Shown here piece by piece: positions 11,928 to 22,839 of a stretch of 64,000 nucleotides of DNA (within the stretch, counting starts at the first letter, position 1; every line of letters starts with the position of its first letter). The DNA comes from an uncultured Nitrososphaeraceae archaeon (GTDB lineage: Archaea > Thermoproteota > Nitrososphaeria > Nitrososphaerales > Nitrososphaeraceae), in the NCBI GenBank assembly GCA_963837175.1, contig CAWIMJ010000052.1, forward strand, positions 1 through 64,000, in the 5' to 3' direction. The position numbers and the translations under genes were made by a program. The notes under the pieces were generated by a model. It saw only the letters and a program-made list of their open reading frames with translations. It had not been told where the DNA came from and did no database searches.

Positions 11928-12110
11928 CTATAATTTGATGTAAGATAATTTTACCTCTGGTCTTTGTCTTTGCCTTATACTGTTAATAAAATCTATTTTT
12001 ATTTCCATTTGAGTATTTGGAGGAATAGGATAATACTTTTCAAACGTTGTTTGTTCTAATGGAGTTTTAAATTCAATTTGTGCGTCTCTTGGGTTAAATC
12101 TGATTTTCAT
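11928..12110 (-). CDS. Hypothetical protein, possibly truncated
   Basis: 60-aa ORF with plausible composition and no recognisable motif. Confidence 0.3.
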   Translation of the reverse strand: MKIRFNPRDAQIEFKTPLEQTTFEKYYPIPPNTQMEIKIDFINSIRQRQRPEVKLSYIKL

Positions 12111-12356
12111 TTATCTTGTATTATCATACGTAATAATATTAATAATAATATCCTGTCTGCTTGCACCCTTCGACTGGTAGAATCATCGCTTACCATATCG
12201 ATGCTAAAAGCGGATTTTTCTTGTATTGATATGGACTGTCTGAGCTTACATGTTTTTTTCATATATGTCTTATATGTAATTACAAATTTGTTTAATATTG
12301 TTAATTAAGAGTAATGGATTTTTGCTAATCTATTTAATTCATTAATCTAATTTCTC

Positions 12357-12443
12357 TTACTTATCTTCTTCATCAAACTCTTCGTTATCTTCCAATTCAT
12401 GAGTTTCTTCTTTCATTTCTTCTCTTTCAGATTCTTTACTTAT
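12357..12443 (-). CDS. Acidic micro-peptide (ATA start, or internal ATG at 12416)
   Basis: (I/M)SKESEREEMKEETHELEDNEEFDEEDK*. Confidence 0.35.
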   Translation of the reverse strand: MSKESEREEMKEETHELEDNEEFDEEDK

Positions 12444-12876
12444 AGCTATAATATGCTAGTTATTGGTTTCAAATATCTATGTATTGCTTTTTAACCGGAA
12501 ACACCAGAATATTGTTGTGAGTAATTAATACAATATGGATGTATATCATTGCTGAATATCGGTGAGTATATATAGTAGTTTGATTGGAAGATTCTTCTTA
12601 TTCGTAGATTCAAAATAGACAATAATAGCAAAGTGGAAGCTTAATGAGCGACTTATACATACAAGGCTTGCTTTCTATTGAGATTAGGAGGTCAATGAAA
12701 ATAAAATAATTTCAATTAATGAGATGAATGATATGATTATTATTATCTGCCTCTACAATTCAGATTTTGATCTTGTTAAATCTATAGACTAAGCATGAAT
12801 ATCATATATAAGAGAAAATCCCGAATAGTCTCTTATTGTTCATATTTCATAGTTTCAACATCTTTTGCATGCCATT

Positions 12877-13185
12877 TTAAGATAACACTCCAAGAAAAGT
12901 TCTTACAAACCTTCGTTTGGCAATTTTAAGCGCATTTTTTCCTCTCTGCGTAAGAGTATAGACTATAGTTTTACCTTCTTTTTCTTCTACACTAATAAAT
13001 CCCATCTCTCGAAGGTTCTTAATCGCTGGATAAATTGTTCCTGGACTAGGCTTTTCTCCTTTTCTTTTTGCAATCTCATCCGCGAGTTCCTGTCCGTGCA
13101 TTGGATGTTTTGAAAGTAAAAAGAGGATTAAAAATCCCAACATACCTCTCATATCGCAACAATAGTTATTGCCAAACCTTCGCAT
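12877..13185 (-). CDS. PadR-family transcriptional regulator
   Basis: MRG.LGFLILFLL...MHGQEL...SPGTIYPA..L...G.I...Y.LT..G. The start at 13185 is preferred because the longer ORF overlaps the divergent gene. Confidence 0.9.
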   Translation of the reverse strand: MRRFGNNYCCDMRGMLGFLILFLLSKHPMHGQELADEIAKRKGEKPSPGTIYPAIKNLREMGFISVEEKEGKTIVYTLTQRGKNALKIAKRRFVRTFLGVLS

Positions 13186-13230
13186 ATATAATATTGGGCA
13201 TACGATATATATAAATACATCAATTACTAT

Positions 13231-13248
13231 ATATCGTATATCCGATAT
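13231..13248. promoter_or_regulatory. Putative PadR operator palindrome ATATCG-N6-CGATAT
   Basis: Perfect inverted repeat between divergent padR and the small ORF at 13272. Confidence 0.65.
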
Positions 13249-13271
13249 GGATGAAAACGGGGGTGAATAAT

Positions 13272-13424
13272 ATGGGATATGGTTGCTGTGAAAGCGGGTT
13301 TCATAAAGCAAGAAGTTTTCTTACCAAGGAAGAGCGAATTGCATTGCTAAAAGAATACAAGAACGATCTGGAGAGCGAAACTCAAGGTGTTGTTGAAAGG
13401 ATCAAGGAACTTGAAGCAAAATAA
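13272..13424 (+). CDS. 50-aa DUF5320-like coiled-coil micro-protein with N-terminal CC (not in ORF track)
   Basis: MGYGCCESGFHKARSFLTKEERIALLKEYKNDLESETQGVVERIKELEAK. SD GGGGTGA upstream and a T-run terminator downstream. Confidence 0.85.
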   Translation: MGYGCCESGFHKARSFLTKEERIALLKEYKNDLESETQGVVERIKELEAK

Positions 13425-13627
13425 ATTGATTCTATTTTTTCTTTTTAATATAATCCTTGTACATTTTCATGCTTAGTTTTTGTCTTGTAGATGTTAGATT
13501 TATGTTCGTCGTAGTCAATTATATTCATTTTTAAATGTAGTAAGTAGATCTTGTATTTGATAAAGGTGTCTGAGAATTATTACTTTGGTTATTTTTAAAG
13601 TACCTTACAATACAACTTTAGAACAAT

Positions 13628-14032
13628 ATGCCACCAACATTAGTCCACTTTGATATAACTGCAGACGATGTTGAAAGATCAAAGAAATTTTATGCTGACG
13701 TATTTGGAAGATAGAAAAATGGCCGAGTCTGTGGCTTCTAATCTGGAGTACTTGATTATAAGTACTTTAATATAATTACAACAGATGAAAAAGGAAATAA
13801 AGCATTAACAGATGGAATGATGAAAAGACAAATCCCTCAACAACAGATTACTAATTACATTGACCGACGTAAAATCAGTAGATAACTATTGTTCTAAGAT
13901 AGAGAAACTAGGAAGGAGAGTATTACACCCTAAGAGTCCAGCGCCAGAGATGGGATGGGATGCTTTACAGTTTGTCTTTATACAGAGAATAACAGTTTTG
14001 CTATTTGGGAATCTAATGAGAATGATAAGTGA
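13628..14032 (+). pseudogene. VOC/glyoxalase family pseudogene
   Basis: MPPTLVHFDITADDVERSKKFYADVFG, GMMKRQ..QQITNYI, DVKSVD and TENNSFAIWE, spread over several frames. Confidence 0.8.
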
Positions 14033-14166
14033 ATATAGTCAAAATAAATGTGTGTGTATTATTATTGATTTTCAATTCGCCATAATCAATAATTGCACCT
14101 ACGACACATATTTTAAATCCGATAAAGTTATTTCTAGACAAACCAGATAGATCACGAAAGGATTCA

Positions 14167-14919
14167 TTACCTTTCTTGGGCCGTTGGTCTTATTAATATC
14201 TCATTAACATTAACATGATTTGGTGCTTGTATTGCATATAAGACTGCATTTGCTATGTCCTCTGACTGCAATATTTCCATATTCTTTGTAGCTTGTATAA
14301 GTCCTGCCATGGAGTCATCTGTTATTGTTTCCAATAGTTCTGTTGAAACAGCTCCTGGTTCAATACATGTAACTCGTATCTTATACTCTGGACTTAATTC
14401 CTTTCTTAATCCCTCGCTAAATGCAGTAATGGCATGTTTTGTTGCACAGTATACACTTGCTCCAGGAAATACAATTCTCCCTGCAACCGAAGAGATATTC
14501 ACTATATGTCCCGATTTTTTATCTAACATATAGGAAATTACTGCAGAAGTGCAGTATAGGACTCCTTTGATATTTACATCAATCATCTGTTCCCATTCTT
14601 CCACTTTTCTATTTTTGAAATAACTTAGCGGCATTAAACCAGCATTGTTAATTAGAATATCCACTTTTCCCCATTTTCTAACTACGGCATCAACAAATGA
14701 ATCACAATTTGATTTGCTTGTAACATCAAGTTTTTGAATAAAGATTTCTCCTCTTTCATCTTTTTTGTCGTTTATAATTTTCTTTTCTAGCTCTTGTAAT
14801 CTGTCTGTACGTCTTGCTCCAACTGCTACTCTTACACCAGCTTTTGACAACGCCAAAGAAGTAGCATGACCTATGCCACTGCTTGCTCCAGTGACTATTG
14901 CAACTTTATTTTCCAACAT
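14167..14919 (-). CDS. SDR family NADP-dependent oxidoreductase
   Basis: TGASSGIG, ARR, NNAG, YCATK catalytic motif, IEPGAV. Confidence 0.95.
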   Translation of the reverse strand: MLENKVAIVTGASSGIGHATSLALSKAGVRVAVGARRTDRLQELEKKIINDKKDERGEIFIQKLDVTSKSNCDSFVDAVVRKWGKVDILINNAGLMPLSYFKNRKVEEWEQMIDVNIKGVLYCTSAVISYMLDKKSGHIVNISSVAGRIVFPGASVYCATKHAITAFSEGLRKELSPEYKIRVTCIEPGAVSTELLETITDDSMAGLIQATKNMEILQSEDIANAVLYAIQAPNHVNVNEILIRPTAQER

Positions 14920-15236
14920 CCTAACAACATGGCAATATGATTAAAGAACTTATTGATATATTTCACAAATCTGATACAATAATTATTCTCAGATATATAA
15001 GATAGATCAGACTATAAGTAATTTCTCTCTTATTGATCTAAAATAATCTCTACTACAACACCCATTGATAACAAAATCTATCAACTACTATTCATTAGAG
15101 AAAAATTGAAGACAGCAGAATTATAAATAACAGACTATAAAAAATTGTATTGTATTATTGTCATTAGAAATGCTGGTATTGTTTTTATCATTAGTGAGAA
15201 TATCATGAGCAATAAAATTTAGCTAAGTAGATTTTC

Positions 15237-15815
15237 TCATAGTCTACTATTACTATGCCTTTTTTGAGCAAGCTCTTCAATTCTATTCAATATTTCTGGC
15301 GCTGGTTTAACGATTCCTTCTCCTAGTTTCCAATATCTACCATTATAATAGAGTAGAGGTCGTATATTCTCATCTGCTGATATCTCAACAACTTTACCAA
15401 TAAACATAATATGATCTCCTAACTCTTCCTGTTTTACTAACTTACATTCAGCATTCATCGCAGCCCTTTGTACCATTAGTACTTTGATATGCTTGGCATT
15501 ATAAAATACTGCAATGCCATTCTCCTCAAGAACTGAGATTTTATCTACCTGTCTGCCTGTGTATCTACCTGCTACACTACAAAGAACATTTTAATCCTCT
15601 GCCGCTATATTAACACCAAATTCCTTAGATTCTCTAATATTCTCGGCGGTAGCATCATGTCCTCTTATGTTGACTGCAATCAAACTAGGTGAATAAGAGA
15701 TATGATGAGTCCATTCTGCTGCCATTATATTACGACCTAGTGGACCATCTGTTGTGATAAGTCCTACATTTGTTACAAATTGTCTTGTACGTTTGTCATT
15801 CCATAAAAGATCCAT
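15237..15815 (-). pseudogene. Flavin reductase family protein with an in-frame TAA at 15591-15593
   Basis: The two ORFs are in the same frame: AAED*NVLCSVAG (likely CAA>TAA). Motifs EFGVNI and GDHIMFIG are present. Confidence 0.85.
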
Positions 15816-16168
15816 ATTTTATACAACAGACATCAATGCCAAACTATAATATATCTATGTATAAGTAGCATAGCAGAATATCTTAGTATTGTATATTAAA
15901 AATCATTCTGTTACTTATTATTGAGTATTCTAAAGAGATAGAAATTCTTCAAATTTCATGAATAATGAAGGTGCGTATTTCTTCTCTGCCCTTAGGTTCA
16001 TTAAATACTACTTTTTACCTTCTTGGATTAGCGATTCTGCATCCTTTTCAAGGTATTGTCTACTTCTAGGAATAAAAGTCATTATTGGCTGACAATAACC
16101 GTAGCTTTAATGGCCAGTGCCAAAGGGATATTATAAAAACCCATAAGAGAATCTGATTATTATTATTA

Positions 16169-16303
16169 ATGATGAGTGAATTAAAAAAGCAACCATGTGA
16201 ACGATGTGGCAGTTGGGAAGGTGTAGATATCTACTTTGGTTCCATACAAAAGGAAATCTGGTTATGCAAAACTTGTAGAAAACATATGCTTTTGGGTAGG
16301 TAG
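16169..16303 (+). CDS. 44-aa C4 zinc-finger micro-protein (not in ORF track)
   Basis: MMSELKKQPCERCGSWEGVDIYFGSIQKEIWLCKTCRKHMLLGR, with TTATAAAA at 16131. Confidence 0.7.
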   Translation: MMSELKKQPCERCGSWEGVDIYFGSIQKEIWLCKTCRKHMLLGR

Positions 16304-16932
16304 TAGTTGCTCTTATTAGTTCTCACAATAGCTAATTTTATGTCACTAACTTTACAGTCATGAAAGCAATTTAACGGTAGAAAGATCAAGAGAACGTAAA
16401 AGCAATATATTTTAATATGTTATTTTATGATGATAGATTAGCAGATAACTGGATAATCATCTTCTTCTGCTGCTACTACTGCTAAGATTCCAACCATTAG
16501 TAAAGTGGAGTTATTGTTCATTATCTTCTTACAGAAAGCGTCTTGGACATCATATATTTACTTAATTTTATGCTGGATTTATCTGAACACACATATTTAG
16601 TATGACAGTATTTAAAAATTAATAATTACTAAAAAAGATAAGATGCTATAACCAGAGACATTTTTAACTAAATAATTATTCGTGAATAATCCAGTTTGCT
16701 TACTACTACTGTTAGGCTGATTACTATTTCTTCTTGTAATAGCAGAGAATCGAATTATTATTCTTATAATTATTATTATTATTATTTTGCTTATATATTA
16801 GCTTTCATATGATTGATATCAGTGACATTAATTTGAAAGTCATACATGTCTTAGATTTACAAATAGAGGATTGTTATTTCTTATTTCAATTAGAAGAGAT
16901 AGCCGTTTTTATTGTTATTATTGTAATGTTAC

Positions 16933-18114
16933 GTGGAAGTATATTTGTATATATATACTACTACATCTGTTAGAACCTCATCAGAAGAAGATGCAGCAGG
17001 AATGCAAAAAGCAAGAACAAAGAAGAATACGAGTAAAAGAAGTAATAACAGTAACAACAACAGCAACAACAACATGAATACCAAAGGTGTCTTTGGAATA
17101 CATCATGTTACAGCGATTACTAGCGACCCACAAAGAAACATAGATTTTTACGCAAATACTTTGGGACTTCGGTTTGTAAAACTAACAGTAAATCAGGATG
17201 ACCCAACTTCATACCATCTTTATTATGGTGATGAGTTAGGACGTCCAGGTACGATTCTTACTTTCTTTCATTGGCCAGATGCACCTAAAGGACATCGGGG
17301 AACTAGTGAGGTGACTGCGACATCATTTCTGATTCCTGAGAATTCTATGAACTATTGGATAGATAGATTTAAGAGCAAACAAATAGAATTTCGTGGCCCA
17401 TACAAACGTTTTGATGATAGTGAACAAGTAATAACACTATATGACCCAGATGGGCTAGAATTAGAACTTGTAGCACATAAATCTGCAGAAGCTAGAAGTG
17501 TTAATGTATGGAAAGAAGGTCCAATTCCTATTGAACATGCAATAAGAGGTTTTTATTCTGTAACTTTATCTGAAGAAGGATACGAACGTACTGCTTCTAT
17601 TTTGACTGATGAGTTGGGGTTCATTCCTACACGTCAGGATGGAAGCCGATTCCGTTATGAAATTGCTACTACTAATACTACTAAAGCATCTGCTGATCTT
17701 ACCCAGGAAAAAGAAGGAACAAGAACAGGAGCTAGTATTGTTGATGTTCTTTGTGTGCCTTATACACAACGAGCGATTATAGGTATTGGATCAGTTCATC
17801 ATGTGGCGTGGCGTACACCTACTGATGAACAACAAAAAGTGTTACGCAAAAATATAGTCAGAGCTGGATTAAATGCAACTCCTGTTATAGATCGATTTTA
17901 CTTTCATTCTGTATATTTTCGTGAACCAGGCGGTGTACTGTTCGAAATTGCTACTAATCCCCCTGGATTTATGATAGATGAAAAAGCTGAGGAACTTGGC
18001 ACACATCTCGTGCTACCTCCTTGGCTTGAATCGATGCGCAAGGACCTAGAGAAAATCCTGCCTCAAGTATATTTACCTAAGAAAGAAAAAGAGGAACAAG
18101 TAGTAAAGAAGTAA
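16933..18114 (+). CDS. Ring-cleaving dioxygenase (MhqO/MhqA-like VOC family); start probably 17002 or 17074
   Basis: GIHHVTAI, VKLTVNQDDP.SYHLYYGD, VHHVAWR, DRFYFHSVYFREPGGVLFEIAT. Confidence 0.95.
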   Translation: MEVYLYIYTTTSVRTSSEEDAAGMQKARTKKNTSKRSNNSNNNSNNNMNTKGVFGIHHVTAITSDPQRNIDFYANTLGLRFVKLTVNQDDPTSYHLYYGDELGRPGTILTFFHWPDAPKGHRGTSEVTATSFLIPENSMNYWIDRFKSKQIEFRGPYKRFDDSEQVITLYDPDGLELELVAHKSAEARSVNVWKEGPIPIEHAIRGFYSVTLSEEGYERTASILTDELGFIPTRQDGSRFRYEIATTNTTKASADLTQEKEGTRTGASIVDVLCVPYTQRAIIGIGSVHHVAWRTPTDEQQKVLRKNIVRAGLNATPVIDRFYFHSVYFREPGGVLFEIATNPPGFMIDEKAEELGTHLVLPPWLESMRKDLEKILPQVYLPKKEKEEQVVKK

Positions 18115-18142
18115 TTAAGTAAAGAGGAGAATTAAAGCAAAA

Positions 18143-18794
18143 ATGGACAACAAGAAAAAGACTGAACTAGAATTTATTCATCAATTTATCCCCTCAAATA
18201 ATAGAAAAGAAAAGTCATCAACTATAATATTATTACATGGGACTGGAGGAAATGAATATGATTTAATCCCATTAGCAAAGATGTTGAGCAGCCCTGCTAA
18301 TGCTTCTATTCTTAGTCCACGAGGAAAAGTGCTAGAGAATGGTATGCCTCGCTTCTTTCGTCGATTAGCAGAAGGAGTTTTTGATATCAAAGATTTAAAA
18401 TTTCGAACTCATGAACTAGCGGATTTTATAGAAAATGCATCTAGGCTTTATAGTTTTGATTTAGACCATATAATAGCAATAGGTTATTCTAATGGTGCAA
18501 ATATAGCATCTAGTTTATTATTACTACGCCCAGAAATTCTTTCTGCGGCTATTCTCTTTCGTCCTATGGTACCTTTTATACCAGAAACACCACCAAATCT
18601 TATTAGTAAAAATATCTTTATTTGTGCTGGAGAATGGGATCCGATAGTACCAAGACAAAATACTGAGAAGCTTTTTGACATATTTAAGAAAGCACATGCA
18701 AGAGTCTCAATCTATTGGCAAAAGAGTCGGCCATGAATTAGGACAAGAAGAGATCCAAGCATCCAAGGAATGGTTATCACATCATATTTCATAA
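18143..18794 (+). CDS. Alpha/beta hydrolase (MhqD-like carboxylesterase), +1 frameshift at about 18728
   Basis: LLHGTGG, GYSNGA nucleophile, DPIVP. The catalytic His appears only in the shifted frame (GHELGQEEIQASKEWL..*). Confidence 0.9.
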
Positions 18795-19029
18795 TGATCG
18801 GCGCGTGTAATATGAAGGAATACAAGAACCAAAATAAGAGACAAGGATAATTAGATAATGGATAGAAGAACTGAATTATACACGGCTGTAGGCTTATGAG
18901 TTATGATTGACAGAAGATGGGATCTGGATTGTAAAAATTAAGTAAAAAAAGGTGATGGACTTCAAACTGCATATCATATTATCTAATATTTAAAAATAAA
19001 AATTCAAAGATCCAGGCAATATAGTTGTT

Positions 19030-19260
19030 ACTTATTCTCCTCCCTTTCTTCTCCTTCTCCAATAGTATCGTTAGCAGCGAGTTATATCAATGTTCCAAAT
19101 GTTGCTCCATTATCAATACTTATTTTTCATAACAGATTGGTTAGCTGTTTAATGTACTTCCTATTATGACATAACTACATTCTGAACTTCTGATGGTATT
19201 TCCTCAATTCCTGAATCTGTATCTGTGAGCGTGGATTGCTAGCTTTATGTTACATCAAAT
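19030..19260 (-). pseudogene. BNR/Asp-box repeat protein remnant
   Basis: SIDNGATFGTLI*LAANDTIG Asp-box-like C-terminus, with stops. Confidence 0.45.
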
Positions 19261-19445
19261 GTGGAATCATTATCTTCCTGAAGATGCTCAATAAAATACT
19301 CTCTCCTGTCATCACTATATCAACAAAAAATAATATTATCACCGGTTCAAGTTCAAGATAATATGCATGAACTATTCAAATTAGATACTCAAAAAATCAC
19401 TTCAGAATCAAGGTGACAGTATATGCATGACAAATAACCTTATTA

Positions 19446-19763
19446 TTGACAAATTCCATAAAAACATCATATATGGGCGCTGTATTTAGACCTAAGGATT
19501 TACGAAGAGATTACAACAAGAAGATCCTAGAAAATGCGATAAAGGACCTCAGCCCTGATACGAAAGATAATGTCATCAAATTACTGGATTCTTGGGATAA
19601 AAAAGGAATAAAATCAGAAGAAAAACTGAAGGAGATCCTGGCTCAGGATAAAGCTGCTGAAGAATTATTGAAGAATATTAAAGCAAATGAAGAAGTCAAT
19701 TTGACTAATGATGAGAGAAAAAGATTAAGTAATATGTTCAAGGAGTCTCTAACTTTTGATTAA
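19446..19763 (+). CDS. Hypothetical helical protein (start probably ATG 19473)
   Basis: Clean ORF. A degenerate paralog at about 50917-51040 supports that it is coding. Confidence 0.7.
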   Translation: MTNSIKTSYMGAVFRPKDLRRDYNKKILENAIKDLSPDTKDNVIKLLDSWDKKGIKSEEKLKEILAQDKAAEELLKNIKANEEVNLTNDERKRLSNMFKESLTFD

Positions 19764-20194
19764 AGTTATCTCTATGTCATTTTCGATACCTTATCTTATG
19801 CTCTTCCTTATTTTGATTTTTTTATAATAAATATTAAATATACGACATACCAATCATTATTACTTGAAGTGTTTTACTGACCATGTCTAGCTTGCCTGTG
19901 TAACACTCTACTCCACGAGTAGGCACCAATTGTTCTAGATTCCGAATACGTTGCAATTAATATAATAGAAACAACTGCTGCTACAAAATGTAGGGAATCT
20001 TATCTTCTCTGCTTTGTTAGTACACATCTTTCTTTCCCTATTATTATTCTCAATACAATGGATATAACTAGTAAGTCCAAGTAGGCAGTAATATGGTTAT
20101 ATCCTTACACCAATATAGTATTATTATCTTAAAGGGTTTCTCCTACTATTCATAGTTGAGTTTTTAAGATGACTATTATAGTATATGTACAATA

Positions 20195-20674
20195 GTGAGT
20201 CAGGCAAAAGGAAAGTTTACAAAGATATTAGTAGCAATAGATGGTTCAGAACAATCGATGAAGGCAGCTGACTATGCTATTGCAATGGCTAAAAAAGAAA
20301 ATAATAATAATACTCAGCTAATTGCTTTACATGTTTTATTTTCGCAAACAGGATATGCATATTCTATAAACATGTTTGGCCTAGTCACTCCTAGTTCAAT
20401 AAACAAATTTCTAGAAGATGCTAAACTTGACGCTCAGCAGTGGTTTGATAAAATTAAAGAAAAAATATCTGAAAATGACATTCAATTAAAAACAGAAGTA
20501 GTTGTAAGTACTACATCTGTAGTAGCCGCAATCGTTGATTATGCGGAACAGGAAAATGTAGATTTGCTGGTAATTAGTTCAAGAGGAAGGTCTGGTTTTA
20601 AGAAATTATTGCTAGGAAGCACTGCTTCTGGAGTTGTAACTTATGCAATATGTCCTGTATTGGTAGTAAAATAA
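20195..20674 (+). CDS. Universal stress protein (UspA family)
   Basis: KILVAIDGSE.S..A, DLLVISSRGRSGFKKLLLGS...CPVLVVK. Confidence 0.95.
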   Translation: MSQAKGKFTKILVAIDGSEQSMKAADYAIAMAKKENNNNTQLIALHVLFSQTGYAYSINMFGLVTPSSINKFLEDAKLDAQQWFDKIKEKISENDIQLKTEVVVSTTSVVAAIVDYAEQENVDLLVISSRGRSGFKKLLLGSTASGVVTYAICPVLVVK

Positions 20675-21239
20675 AATACCAATTAACCTGAAAATTGAAA
20701 TTGAAATGCAACAGCTAACCCTTTTCTCTAAATCAAACATTTAGTTTCCAATTTAATCTGGCTTAAATAGGAAATTATTTTTAACATTTGTATATTTGAC
20801 GGAAATAATGGAAATAACAACTCGGTGTATTGTTGCAGTTCACTACGCTTTGAATCAAACCCTAATAAAACTAAATCTCATCAAATCATGCGACTATTAG
20901 TGACTCTGCTTTCAATTTTTCTTTTGGATATGAATTCGGATTATCTAAATCCACATCTTTTTTACAATTTCTTTTAGACCTGCTAGCGTATTTTAATATT
21001 CGTGAAATAAGTCTGATTCATGTCAAACTGGTAGTCACATTTGGCGAATTGCTTATCTAGGGTAATAACTATATCAAGATTAACTTTGGATTATCAGGTA
21101 TAGAACATTTTCTAAACGTCATATTTTTTAAACTACCCGAACTTAACTGACGTGGCAGAATATGAGAAGTTGAATATATAGGAAAGACATTACAACAAAC
21201 CAATAGGATGCTGCCTACATTTAAAGAAATATGTTATGA

Positions 21240-21482
21240 CCCGAACAAGGTGAAAACGGAAATCCTGTAGTAGTCACATTATTCAAATATGATTCTACTA
21301 TGAATCAAGTATCAGAAAGTGGTTCATTTACAGCTGACAAACTTGAAGGACCATTGGCTGGCAAGCAAATATCCGACGCTGCTACTGAAATGACCAATGG
21401 AGAGACATACGTCAGTATTCATACAGAAAAAAATTCTAATGGAGAGAGCCGTGGACAAATTAGTGGCAGTGGAGGCCAATAA
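21240..21482 (+). pseudogene. CHRD-domain protein remnant
   Basis: GENGNPVVVTLF...LEGPLAGK...GETYVSIHTEKNSNGESRGQI; the N-terminus is lost. Confidence 0.7.
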
Positions 21483-21675
21483 TCAGCAAATTTATTTATT
21501 TTTTTGAATAAGGCGATATTTCCTCTGCAAAAATATCTTTTGTCAACTTTATAATTTTTATTGTATATGTATAGAATTAGCGTTTTAATTTATTATCGAT
21601 ATTTGGCTTTATATTTATAGTTTGACAAGTCATCTATAGCGAACTATATTTAGACCAAATAGGATAGAAATTAAT

Positions 21676-22245
21676 TTGAAAAAAGAAGACAATAAAAATA
21701 AAATTCATTTTACACTCCTATTTGATGGCAAATCCTTAGATGGGTGGAAGATGACAGGAGAAGGTAACTTCATAGTAATGGAAAATGAAAAAGCTCTTCT
21801 TTCTGAAGGAGGGATGGGTCTTTTGTGGTATACTAAAAAGAAATACAATGATTTTATACTAAAGTTAGAGTGGAAAGTATTGCATAAAGATGATAATTCA
21901 GGTGTCTTTGTACGATTTCCTGACCCAGACGATGATCCACAGATCGCAGTTGATAACGGTTATGAAATACAGATTGATGATTTAGGTAAACCCGACGGTG
22001 AGGGAATTCACAAGACAGGAGCAATTTATAATTTCGCTGCTCCAAGTAACGTAGTTTCAAAACCTGTAGGTCAATGGAACAATTTAGAGATTAAAGTACT
22101 CAAGCATAATTATACAGTTATTATAAATAATCAAAAAATAACAGACTTTTCTGGTAATAGACAATTGGAGGGATATGTAGGTTTACAGAACCATGATAAT
22201 AAATCAAAAGTATCCTTTAGAAATATCAGGATAAAAGAAAGATGA
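21676..22245 (+). CDS. DUF1080 (3-keto-disaccharide hydrolase-like) protein
   Basis: LFDGKSLDGW, DFILKLEWK, NSGVF, GYEIQIDD, TGAIY, GQWN, GYVGLQNH..VSFRNI. Confidence 0.92.
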   Translation: MKKEDNKNKIHFTLLFDGKSLDGWKMTGEGNFIVMENEKALLSEGGMGLLWYTKKKYNDFILKLEWKVLHKDDNSGVFVRFPDPDDDPQIAVDNGYEIQIDDLGKPDGEGIHKTGAIYNFAAPSNVVSKPVGQWNNLEIKVLKHNYTVIINNQKITDFSGNRQLEGYVGLQNHDNKSKVSFRNIRIKER

Positions 22246-22314
22246 TATAACCATAATATCAAGAAAATAGATCTGTTTTTAGTATATAAGCAATCCTTTA
22301 TTATAAGGAGTAAA

Positions 22315-22467
22315 ATGAGAGAGGGAGATGACAATAATGCAGATGGATGGTATTGCAATAATTGTGGTTTAGATTATCATATAACAACTTTGATAATATG
22401 CAATATTTGTAGCAAAGATCTATGTCCACAATGTTCAAGTAGCCATATTCATGATAAAACCGAATAA
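22315..22467 (+). CDS. 50-aa zinc-finger micro-protein with B-box/AN1-like spacing (not in ORF track)
   Basis: MREGDDNNADGWYCNNCGLDYHITTLIICNICSKDLCPQCSSSHIHDKTE. SD AAGGAG and a TATATAA box lie upstream. Confidence 0.75.
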   Translation: MREGDDNNADGWYCNNCGLDYHITTLIICNICSKDLCPQCSSSHIHDKTE

Positions 22468-22839
22468 GCCTAAACGCAAACTAAATAACCTTATATTACA
22501 GAAAGAGATATTGCCGATTAGTAAATAAGAATAATCATCATATAAGTATAATCATAAAGTGTCTATGTATGTTTTTATACGTCATCTTCATTTAAGAAAT
22601 GCTATTACACATTATGTAAAAGACCTTTAATTTAGATAATGAAATCACAATAATATGAATTGCCATAAACATATAGGAAATATATTTCAACAATAGGAAA
22701 TATCGTATGATGATTAGTATTTTCAATATCTTTATTTCTTAGAATCGCGGCAGTATCATCTTCTTCAGACATGACTCAGGATAATCGTAAACAGCTATGA
22801 GTTGAAGAACTATTTCGCCAGGAAAGTTCTATTCCTTTG

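Noticed and set aside
13186-13311. N-terminal extension of PadR in the ORF track
   Set aside because: It overlaps the promoter/operator and the divergent 50-aa gene.
15591-15593. In-frame stop in the flavin reductase as possible recoding (Sec/Pyl)
   Set aside because: The codon is TAA, not TGA or TAG. A simple CAA>TAA nonsense change explains it.
19340-19352. ACCGGTTCAA as the missing T-arm of the tRNA fragment
   Set aside because: There is no closing T-stem or acceptor 3' strand. The same applies to GGTTCAAAT at about 53484.
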